A stretch of DNA of 64,000 bases from positions 128,040 through 192,039 of the forward strand of contig JBBIUA010000003.1 in assembly GCA_037440445.1 (NCBI GenBank), read 5' to 3'. Both the position numbers and the translations under genes were made by a program. The stretch comes from Ignavibacteria bacterium (GTDB lineage: Bacteria > Bacteroidota > Ignavibacteria > Kapaibacteriales > UBA2268). The notes below the pieces were generated by a model that made no database searches, had not been told where the DNA came from, and saw nothing but the letters and a program-made list of their open reading frames with translations. Positions 11,201 through 18,558 of the stretch are shown one piece after another (positions within the stretch are counted from its first letter, which is position 1; the number at the start of each line of letters is the position of its first letter).

Positions 11201-11686
11201 TGTTCGGTAGTCGATTTCCTGCAAAATAAAATTATTCACTCGTGCATTAGGATGCCCATTGGGCACATATCGCGACATATCAATGTATACATCAGCTTCG
11301 GCAATTACAAGATAATTACCATTAGGAAAAATAAGGAAATCGTGAAAATCAGTGGAATATCCCACAGCTCCTACAGTATCTATTACATTAAAATTCGAAT
11401 CGAGAACGAAAATGCGGGAAGATAAAATATCATAAGCCGAAAGTTTCCCATTCGGGTGCATTTTGAAGTCAATAAATCCATGGTTAACAAAACCAAAATT
11501 CTTATAGTAAGCCTTTTCGCCACTATGGTCGTAAACTGCCAAGGATTGGTCCATTGGTGCCAAAAATAAATATCCCGGTTCAGGATTATTCCAAGTAGTT
11601 ATTTGGATTAGGTCCTCATCTGCAAAAAGAATATTTACTACCTGCAAATGCAGAATAATTACCAGTAATATTTTAATTGTTTTCAT
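8225..11686 (-). CDS. Secreted arylsulfotransferase(ASST)-like beta-propeller protein with ~6-7 FN3-like repeats and a T9SS C-terminal sorting domain
   Basis: Signal peptide. The N-terminal ~350 aa carry HINSIELLSDGNLLISCRHMDEITKINKQTGEIIWRMGG and QRLPNGNTLIAWGG, an ASST-type propeller. There are repeated ~90-aa units ending YYWRVRA/YFWRVKA...WSE. The C-terminus ...FGVYFVRITTPKGVIYKKFLLNP is a T9SS CTD. Confidence 0.55.
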   Translation of the reverse strand: MKTIKILLVIILHLQVVNILFADEDLIQITTWNNPEPGYLFLAPMDQSLAVYDHSGEKAYYKNFGFVNHGFIDFKMHPNGKLSAYDILSSRIFVLDSNFNVIDTVGAVGYSTDFHDFLIFPNGNYLVIAEADVYIDMSRYVPNGHPNARVNNFILQEIDYRTRRVVWQWNAIDHFSVLDATDDIDLQASYIRPFHINSIELLSDGNLLISCRHMDEITKINKQTGEIIWRMGGSRCRNNEFTFVNDTIDNFFGFSHQHDPRELSNGNILLFDNGNLRPNSSRFSRAVEYQIDEANRRVTKVWEYRSPLNTASPAAGGAQRLPNGNTLIAWGGAMSEGGHNHLLTEVTPSKQVALDFISTFGTYRAYKFIFKMDAVTLPIEIAGEYNFVNSMYNTNTTLILSSLSGTGKITVEKHRYPPHNLNQGGPCSVLPYRWVITKQGSNFVSGYLYFNLSGLSGFNSATDFKVYYRSNEGEGEFRELTTTYNSHYNRLETVFAGVGEYCIGSGSIGVPKPILPANNEINVSLTPAFRWSRYVLGENYHIQIATDQNFQILIKDTASIVDTFYVFSSSLLLPGKTYYWRIRSERENCVSIWSEVQSFTTIYERINLLSPLDSTIDMPLMVQFQWLASDNAWGYQFQLALDKNFKNIVKDTIVQNPIINVDDLDYYTEYFWRVRLVRGEQYGIWSEIRKFRTMLASPFLIFPENQAKNIPISGILRWSPVPGAIHYYLVVSSDKQFVNNQVEIVDVKSEQFEYSDLEPATVYYWKVRATGESGNSQWSEVFTFTTQLPKPRLLVPPFADTLAPITGLLRWNEVAGATKYEVQISEDPDFFMGVERYVVVGSTYFVYRNLAYSTRYFWRVKAMKDDLESPWSEISWFKTVPENYLTFPTLVYPENNILNLKITDHLRWLSVDKADYYELQISTDPVFANLIIDEQTTDTSYQISKLSYGTRYFWRVRAVNQTSTSFWSEIFSFITSLREPTLFQPEEGSYLELPIEFSWEFTTADAFYTFQIAYDPEFEFIMKQAILYNQNTYELNSAPAETWFYWRVKVFSGKLESDWSETKKFIVKNINSTDEQKPDEFVKVTEINNLQEIRFEGEIREINIYNQIGELVFGNANPTMFFVWNTSSVPFGVYFVRITTPKGVIYKKFLLNP

Positions 11687-11694
11687 AGGTTACC

Positions 11695-14610
11695 TCAATT
11701 TTTGAAAATAATAAGAGGTAGTCGATAAATACTTCTATTTGTGTGCAAAACGAAATAATATAAACCATTAGGAGGATTCGTTAAATCTACTTCTTGATTG
11801 CAAGCAGGGGAACGAAACTGATTTATTTCCATTTCTCTTAAACCCATTATATTAAATATTTCAATCTTAATGACTTCCTCATCCCTGTTTTGAACGATGA
11901 TTTTTCCACTCGAAGGATTTGGATAAATCAGAATTGAAGATGTTTGTTCAAATACACTACTTGGCTCCGAAATAGAAAAAATTTGGCTTTCGGCATAAAT
12001 ATTTTTATTTTTTAAAGAGGTAATACGAACTTTGTAATCATCGCCAACAGGCAACAAATTCGAAACATTCCAAATGTATTTACCAAATGCACTGTAAATT
12101 GAATCTGATATATTCATTATTGGGGCATTCCCTTTGAATAGTGTAATCACGAAAGCAGGATATATGTTATGCTTCCACTCAATTTTTACATCCCTTTCCT
12201 TAAGCCATTTATCGCCACTTACAGGTGAAACAATTGTTACAAATGGCTCTTTAACCTCAAATGTATACTCATCGGACCACTCACTTGTCCCGTAGTTGTT
12301 TACTGCTCTAACTTTCCAACTATATTTCCCCACGGGCAATTTTCCAAGATTTAAAATGTTTGTCTTCAACACATCGAAAGTTGCTTCGGCAGGAAATGTA
12401 CCATCAATTTTTTTAAATAAAAGTTGAGAATGATTCACATTTCCTCTGGGGGTCCATTGACAAACCACTGCCTCCTCGGTATTCAAAACGGAATTATTTG
12501 CTGGGTAGGTTAAAATTGGTTTCAAAGGCATTGAAGCAAAATCTTGGGTACCAAAAATATATTCACCGTCAAGAGTTTCTACACTCGCAAAAAGAAGATT
12601 GCCAAGTGTGTCATAAATTGATTCCAATGGTTCAAAAGGTTCATCGGGGGACATTCGCCGAAATACTATAAGATTTTTCCTATGCAAACACAAAGGAAAT
12701 TTATTCAGGTCGAAACCCAGAAGCACTTTCGATTTTGTTATCTTTTCGGTTTTAATTATGACTTTATACTGATTAACCAAGGGTGAAGAGCCAACAAAGC
12801 GAGGATAAAGAGGTGCGTTTGGATACTTTTCTAAAGTGATTTTTGAACCATCCTCGTCGGTCAATTCTTCGAAAATTGCAAAAACACCTGTATTGATATT
12901 GGCGTTTTGGAAATCCAAGATACTATCGGGAATTAACTGAGAAATATTTTCAAATGATACAATTGCTTCCGGAACAATTGTAGGATATGGGAAACGATAA
13001 GCCCGATAAGAAGTTGTTTGGAAAGAGACCCCTTTAGGGAAAGACAATTCAAATTCTATTTCGCCAGCGGGATTAACTTCGGTTACAATCCGAATATGCC
13101 CCGAATTCACGCCACCCCAACCAATAACAGTATTACCATTTGGAAGGCGTTGTGTCGAACCCATTGTTTCCCCAAAAATGTCAGGATTATTCCGGTATTC
13201 CCAAACGAGTTCTGCGGTTAAGTTCTGTTCATCCAATTTATATTCAACTGCGCGAGAATAAGGTGGATTGTGTTGATTCCCGTTGTCGTAAAGTGTTATA
13301 TTTCCATTGGGAAGACGACGAATATCATGTTGATATGAAAAGTAAGTAGGCTCGTTTTCGGGATGTTCATTAAAAAATTTAAATTGGTTTTTCTTTCCAC
13401 CAAGTCGCCAGATTATTTCACCTGTTTCACGGCTTATTTTTGTAATTTCAGAAAGATGCCGCGAAGATATTAACAAATGTCCATCGTAATCCAATTCAAC
13501 AGCATTAATGTGAATAGGGTCGACGGCAATACCATTTAGCGGGGCGTAACTATCAGTTATTGGGATGTAGTCCCAACTTCGCCATTGAAAGACGACATTT
13601 TTATCAGCATCCAATTCTTGAACAATGCTTCCAAGTACAATTGCATTAGGATTACCTTCGGGAATGATTTGGCTCATATCAACTGGTTGCGGGTCGTATG
13701 AAATAAGGAGGTAGTGACCATTGGGCAACATTTTAAAATCGTGAAAATCTGCAATATACCCGCCCTGACATTGGATTGTGTCGATAATTTTTAAATCAGG
13801 GTCCATAACTTCCATATATGCTTCAGCCCAGCCCCAACCCTGTGGAATATGGGATGTAATTATATGACCATTGCTCAACAACCCATTTGGTTGCACCTTG
13901 AAATCGAAGCCAGGAAGAGGAACTTTTTTATATTTTACTGGCTTCCCGTCATTATCGAGAATCATTAGGTAGCTTCTGTCGACTCCACTTCCAAAATTTG
14001 CAAGATAAATGTATCCAGGAGCAGGATTGCGAACGGAATCAATAATAATCTTTGGAAAATCAGCAGGAATTGAATCTTGAAGTATATCTTCGCTAATGGT
14101 TTTCTCAACCTGATTGAAACTTAAAAGGGCTTTGCTTATTTCGGGAAAGCTGTCTGAAAAATATTTTACAAAAATTTTCTTCTGCTCGAATGGGGTGATT
14201 TTGGAGGTTCGGAATGAATATTTTTCTCCTGTAAATTCGATTAAGACTTCTTCATCTGTGGCAAATAATCTATGTACTTTGATTGAAATTGTTCTTTTAT
14301 CGTTAGAAAGATTAATATCAAAACTATGTTCCCCACTTTTTTCTCCAACAATCTTAAATTTGCTAAAAATGTCGCTGAAATTTATTTCTCTGTCAAATCG
14401 AAGAATTATTGGAGTTTGTAGCGAATGCATATTTGTGTTGGGCACGGGATATATATATGTTAATTTTTGACTAAATAAAGGATAATTCAAGAAGCAAAGT
14501 AGGAAAAGAGAAAATATTCTATGCATATTTAACCTTGGTTTTATTACTTTAAACAATGAATAACTATTTTTTGGCTGATTTGTTACATTTTTGTAATCTT
14601 TCATACTCAT
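11695..14610 (-). CDS. Paralogous ASST-like beta-propeller protein with Ig/FN3-like domains and a T9SS C-terminal sorting domain
   Basis: Aligns blockwise with the upstream gene (NPAPGYIYLA, HINAVELDYDGHLLISSRHLSEITKISRETGEIIWRLGG, QRLPNGNTVIGWGG). The C-terminus ILIYPNPSSGKIIVQN...GLYYFVLHTNRSIYRLPLIIFKN is a T9SS CTD. Confidence 0.55.
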   Translation of the reverse strand: MSMKDYKNVTNQPKNSYSLFKVIKPRLNMHRIFSLFLLCFLNYPLFSQKLTYIYPVPNTNMHSLQTPIILRFDREINFSDIFSKFKIVGEKSGEHSFDINLSNDKRTISIKVHRLFATDEEVLIEFTGEKYSFRTSKITPFEQKKIFVKYFSDSFPEISKALLSFNQVEKTISEDILQDSIPADFPKIIIDSVRNPAPGYIYLANFGSGVDRSYLMILDNDGKPVKYKKVPLPGFDFKVQPNGLLSNGHIITSHIPQGWGWAEAYMEVMDPDLKIIDTIQCQGGYIADFHDFKMLPNGHYLLISYDPQPVDMSQIIPEGNPNAIVLGSIVQELDADKNVVFQWRSWDYIPITDSYAPLNGIAVDPIHINAVELDYDGHLLISSRHLSEITKISRETGEIIWRLGGKKNQFKFFNEHPENEPTYFSYQHDIRRLPNGNITLYDNGNQHNPPYSRAVEYKLDEQNLTAELVWEYRNNPDIFGETMGSTQRLPNGNTVIGWGGVNSGHIRIVTEVNPAGEIEFELSFPKGVSFQTTSYRAYRFPYPTIVPEAIVSFENISQLIPDSILDFQNANINTGVFAIFEELTDEDGSKITLEKYPNAPLYPRFVGSSPLVNQYKVIIKTEKITKSKVLLGFDLNKFPLCLHRKNLIVFRRMSPDEPFEPLESIYDTLGNLLFASVETLDGEYIFGTQDFASMPLKPILTYPANNSVLNTEEAVVCQWTPRGNVNHSQLLFKKIDGTFPAEATFDVLKTNILNLGKLPVGKYSWKVRAVNNYGTSEWSDEYTFEVKEPFVTIVSPVSGDKWLKERDVKIEWKHNIYPAFVITLFKGNAPIMNISDSIYSAFGKYIWNVSNLLPVGDDYKVRITSLKNKNIYAESQIFSISEPSSVFEQTSSILIYPNPSSGKIIVQNRDEEVIKIEIFNIMGLREMEINQFRSPACNQEVDLTNPPNGLYYFVLHTNRSIYRLPLIIFKN

Positions 14611-14824
14611 TTTGTTTTTGTTTTTGACTCTATTGGCAAAATATTTAGAGTAATAATTTTAAAAAATAGTTCTAAGAATGAAATTTCTGTCAATGTTTCC
14701 GACAATATTTTGTCATATAAATAACTACAAAATTTAAGAGGTTTACAAAAATCAAATTTTTCAGAAAACCCTTGAATTTGATGGATTTTCATTATTATTG
14801 CATTTTTATAATTCTCGTAGTCAA

Positions 14825-16114
14825 ATGACAAAATCAAAATTTTGGGTTATTGCCACAAATGAGTATCTTCGATATTTGAAATCCAAGAGTTTTTGGATTA
14901 CTACATTTGTTCTCCCGATTGCTTGGATACTATTTCTTGTCGTACCAAATGTTATTGCAGTAATGTCATTCAAAAAAACAGAAATGAAAATAGCCGTTGT
15001 CGACCGCACTAATTCAAAATTGGGAAATGAGATAGTACAATCGGAAAGCAAAACCTTCTATCTTGAAAATCGCGATGTTAAGGCTTTGAATCAAGAAATC
15101 ATCGAAGGCAAATTAGATGGTTATATTTTGCTAAAAGATGACGACTTAAAGAATAATTCTACTGTATTGTTTACCAAAGGTGGCGGGGGATTAAGCCTTA
15201 TAAATGTTGTAGAAAAGACTTTGACCGAGGTTTTCCGTAAATATAGACTTTTAGAAAAGGGTATCGACCCCCAAATAGTTAACTTTGTACTGGATGAAGT
15301 TAAAATTGAAACTAAAAAAGTTACAAAAGAAGGAATTGAAAAGGATTATGCAAGTTTCTACGGAATTCTTGGCTATATAATGGCTTTTCTAATTTACATT
15401 CTTCTCTTCATATATGGCGCAATGGTTATGCGAGGAGTGATAGAAGAAAAAACCAGTCGAATCGTCGAAATTTTGCTTTCTTCGGCCCGACCATTCGACA
15501 TTATGTTTGGCAAAATTCTTGGGATTGGTTCTGTTGGACTAACTCAAATACTTATTTGGCTAATTTTCACTGCAATATTAAGTCTGTTTTCAACTCAAAT
15601 TATCAGTCTCTTTGTTTCACCCCCCAACATCTCTTCGGAAATCGATGCCCTTTCTCAGACTACACAAACGCCAAATTTCGAAATTCCACCTTTACCTTTG
15701 TTGCCTGTTTTAGTTTTCATTGCCTATTTCATCCTTGGTTATTTCTTTTTTGCAACTTTATTTTCTGGAATTGGGGCTGCTGTAGACCAAGAACAAGATG
15801 CTCAAACTATTAGTACTCCTGTTTACTTATTTCTAATTATCCCTATTATGTTTGTTTCTGCAGTTATGGCTGACCCCGAAAGCACGCTTTCGGTTTGCCT
15901 CTCGCTCGTTCCACCTTTTACACCAATCCTAATGACAGTGAGAATTTTCGCAGCATCTGTTCCCGCCTGGCAGATAATTTTATCTTTTGTTCTCTTGATT
16001 CTTTCAATTTTTGGAAGTATCCTTCTTTCGGCAAAAATTTATCGAATTGGGATATTGATTTATGGGAAAAAACCAACATTCAAAGAAATTTACCGTTGGC
16101 TACGCCAAGCTTAA
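14825..16114 (+). CDS. ABC-2 family transporter permease (no adjacent ATPase)
   Basis: MTKSKFWVIATNEYLRYLKSKSFWITTFVLPIAWILF... has one N-terminal TM, a large extracytoplasmic loop and five C-terminal TMs, typical of NatB/ABC-2 permeases. The tracked ORF starts earlier at 14798, so the start is uncertain. Confidence 0.65.
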   Translation: MTKSKFWVIATNEYLRYLKSKSFWITTFVLPIAWILFLVVPNVIAVMSFKKTEMKIAVVDRTNSKLGNEIVQSESKTFYLENRDVKALNQEIIEGKLDGYILLKDDDLKNNSTVLFTKGGGGLSLINVVEKTLTEVFRKYRLLEKGIDPQIVNFVLDEVKIETKKVTKEGIEKDYASFYGILGYIMAFLIYILLFIYGAMVMRGVIEEKTSRIVEILLSSARPFDIMFGKILGIGSVGLTQILIWLIFTAILSLFSTQIISLFVSPPNISSEIDALSQTTQTPNFEIPPLPLLPVLVFIAYFILGYFFFATLFSGIGAAVDQEQDAQTISTPVYLFLIIPIMFVSAVMADPESTLSVCLSLVPPFTPILMTVRIFAASVPAWQIILSFVLLILSIFGSILLSAKIYRIGILIYGKKPTFKEIYRWLRQA

Positions 16115-16124
16115 ATAAATTGAA

Positions 16125-16424
16125 ATGAAAAGCAAAAGATATGAAAAAAGCATAAGAATTGATACTGTTCTAAGTGACTTAATTGAAAATATCGTTGATA
16201 AAAAGAAAAACCCGTTGCTTCGCATTGAACTTGCCTGGCAGGGAATTTTTCCTGAATCCATCACTCGAAATTGCCAGCCAGTGCATTTTCGTAAAGGAAT
16301 ATTAACTGTTAAATGTTCGAATTCAATTTGGAAATCCGAAATGATTTTTCATAAATTTCAAATGATAGAAAAAATTAACAATAAATTAGGTGAAGAATTA
16401 ATTTTGGATATAATTTTTCGGTAA
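16125..16424 (+). CDS. DUF721 family (DciA-like) small protein
   Basis: 99 aa; LLRIELAWQGIFPESITRNCQPVHFRKGILTVKCSNSIWKSEMIFHKFQMIEKINNKLGEELILDIIF matches the DUF721 pattern (W..a.G..ia..t.P..l..G.L.V.v.ss.W..EL......il.kiN..lG...i..I.F). Confidence 0.5.
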   Translation: MKSKRYEKSIRIDTVLSDLIENIVDKKKNPLLRIELAWQGIFPESITRNCQPVHFRKGILTVKCSNSIWKSEMIFHKFQMIEKINNKLGEELILDIIFR

Positions 16425-16449
16425 TTTTTATTTTAAAAAAGGGGGTATT

Positions 16450-18456
16450 ATGAAAAGGTTTTACTCTTTGACCCTAATTCTTCTTGCAGTTTTGAGTATT
16501 TCCTTGAACGCTCAATACGTTCGGCGAGTTATAGTCGAAGAAGCCACAAACGCATCTTGCGGACCTTGCGCTGCCCAAAATCCCACTTTTCAAAAGTGGT
16601 TGTCAAATCATCTCGACCGTGTAATTCCAGTTATTTATCACGCTTGGTGGCCCGGTCCTAATGACCCAATGTATTTATACGATACAATTATGAATAAAAC
16701 TCGAATTCAATATTACGGAATAACCGGTGTTCCAAGCGGTAGGATCAATGGAAAGATTGCTACTCCATCTGGTTCATATTACGCAGGAGCCGTCGCCGAT
16801 ACAGTGGCATTAACCAACGAACTAAAACAAACTCCTTTTTACTCATTCATTAGTGTTTCCATTATTGATTTCAACTTTAATACTAATGATGGCTCTGGTT
16901 CCGTTAAAATCGAAATTGCAAGCGATATACCTCTTTCAAACAAATTTTTGCGGGTAGCAATTTGCGAAGAACATCACTACTATGAAAATGCTGGAACTAA
17001 TGGCGAAAAAGACTTCTACTATCTTGTTAGACAAATGCTTCCCAATGCAAGAGGAACTCTCTTTAATATTGCCGCAGGAGAATCTCAAACCTTCGAATTT
17101 ACTTTCAATGTTGATCCATCTTTTACCGACGACTTGTATGCTGTTGCTTTCATTCAAGACGAAGCTAATAAAGAAATTCTTCAAGGCAACTGGACTAAAA
17201 GCACTAACACAACAGAACCTGATTTCTATGTAATGTTAACAACCGATAACCTTGTTAATGTTGGGAATACCAACGACGTTTTCCAGTATGAATCGCTGGT
17301 TTTGAACAACACACCCGAAGAAGTCATTTTCGATTTAAGCATTTCAGGCGATATTCCATCCGACTGGACAGCAAAAATTGATAAAGATTTAACCCAACTA
17401 GTAGCTCCACCAAAATCTAAGGCAAATGTTACTGTAATTGTCCAAATTGGCTCGACACCAACATCGGCGGAAGTTTTGCTTAACTTAAAAAAGAACACAA
17501 ATAATACTGAATTAACTACTTCTTCTATGAAAGTTTATCATTCAGGAATTCAAAGACTACATATACTTGGTGGTGAGCAGAAACATTCTATTATGCCTAT
17601 TATAGAATCATCATTTGGCAAAGGATATGTATCGGACATTTCTTTGGATGATATGAGTGCTAATGCTTCAAAATTCAACTCCCTAAAAACAATAATCTGG
17701 GATGGGAGCACTTCTGGTGATTTCACTGCTTCCTCGGCTAACATCATAACAAACGCAATAAGTAATAACAGAAATATTTTCATTCTTGGAGGTAGAATTA
17801 CCCCTGGTCTAATTTCAAATGGAATCTTACCATACTTTGGTCTTGCTTTTATTGCTTACTGCCGCGAAGGTTACTATTCTCCATACTCTGTAACTCTTGC
17901 TGGCGTTCCTGGTGACCCAATAACTGGCGATTTTGGAAATAATATTCAAGGAAATTTGATTAATTACTTGTTACCTCTATATCGAATTGTTAACAACCAG
18001 ACTACAAGTCCAATTATGACATTCGCAAAATCGGCAGACTCAATTTTCGCTGTAAAAGTTGAGTTTAATAAATCGCGTGCTATTGTTTTGGGTATGAATC
18101 CTTTCATACTTTCCAACCAAACAATCCGCGAAAAATTAATTACTCGCTCACTACTATGGCTCGAAGGCATTTCTAATGTTGGTTTAGAGGAACTCGATGT
18201 AGATATTTCAATTTCCCCTAACCCAGCTTCGAATATTGCCTACTTAACAATGATTACAAAAATCCCCACCGAGAATATTGTTGTGCGGTTGCACGACATT
18301 CAGGGACGAACTTTAAGGACAATATTCGAAGGAACTTTAAACGAAGGAACAATTACAATTCCCATTTCTCTTGCAGGTTTGCCACCCCAAACAATCTATG
18401 TAACTATTGAAAGTAAAATCGGAAGCAAATCAATTAAACTGATTAAGGCTGAATAA
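16450..18456 (+). CDS. Secreted T9SS cargo protein with an N-terminal CGPC thioredoxin-like/Omp28-like domain
   Basis: Signal peptide. EEATNASCGPCAAQNP carries a CxxC motif. The C-terminus ISISPNPASNIAYLTM...IYVTIESKIGSKSIKLIKAE is a T9SS CTD. RBS AAGGGGG. Confidence 0.5.
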   Translation: MKRFYSLTLILLAVLSISLNAQYVRRVIVEEATNASCGPCAAQNPTFQKWLSNHLDRVIPVIYHAWWPGPNDPMYLYDTIMNKTRIQYYGITGVPSGRINGKIATPSGSYYAGAVADTVALTNELKQTPFYSFISVSIIDFNFNTNDGSGSVKIEIASDIPLSNKFLRVAICEEHHYYENAGTNGEKDFYYLVRQMLPNARGTLFNIAAGESQTFEFTFNVDPSFTDDLYAVAFIQDEANKEILQGNWTKSTNTTEPDFYVMLTTDNLVNVGNTNDVFQYESLVLNNTPEEVIFDLSISGDIPSDWTAKIDKDLTQLVAPPKSKANVTVIVQIGSTPTSAEVLLNLKKNTNNTELTTSSMKVYHSGIQRLHILGGEQKHSIMPIIESSFGKGYVSDISLDDMSANASKFNSLKTIIWDGSTSGDFTASSANIITNAISNNRNIFILGGRITPGLISNGILPYFGLAFIAYCREGYYSPYSVTLAGVPGDPITGDFGNNIQGNLINYLLPLYRIVNNQTTSPIMTFAKSADSIFAVKVEFNKSRAIVLGMNPFILSNQTIREKLITRSLLWLEGISNVGLEELDVDISISPNPASNIAYLTMITKIPTENIVVRLHDIQGRTLRTIFEGTLNEGTITIPISLAGLPPQTIYVTIESKIGSKSIKLIKAE

Positions 18457-18484
18457 TTCATTAAGTCTTCAGGTAAAAAATTCA

Positions 18485-18516
18485 GGGAGGCTTTGCGATG
18501 CCTCCCTTTTTGTTTT
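18485..18516. terminator. Rho-independent terminator GGGAGGC-TTTGCGAT-GCCTCCC followed by TTTTTGTTTT
   Basis: Perfect 7-bp stem read directly. Lies between convergent genes ending at 18456 (+) and 18559 (-) and can act in both directions. Confidence 0.65.
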
Positions 18517-18558
18517 AATTTAAGCAGATTGAACAAAATTTGAACTAAATAAATTAAC

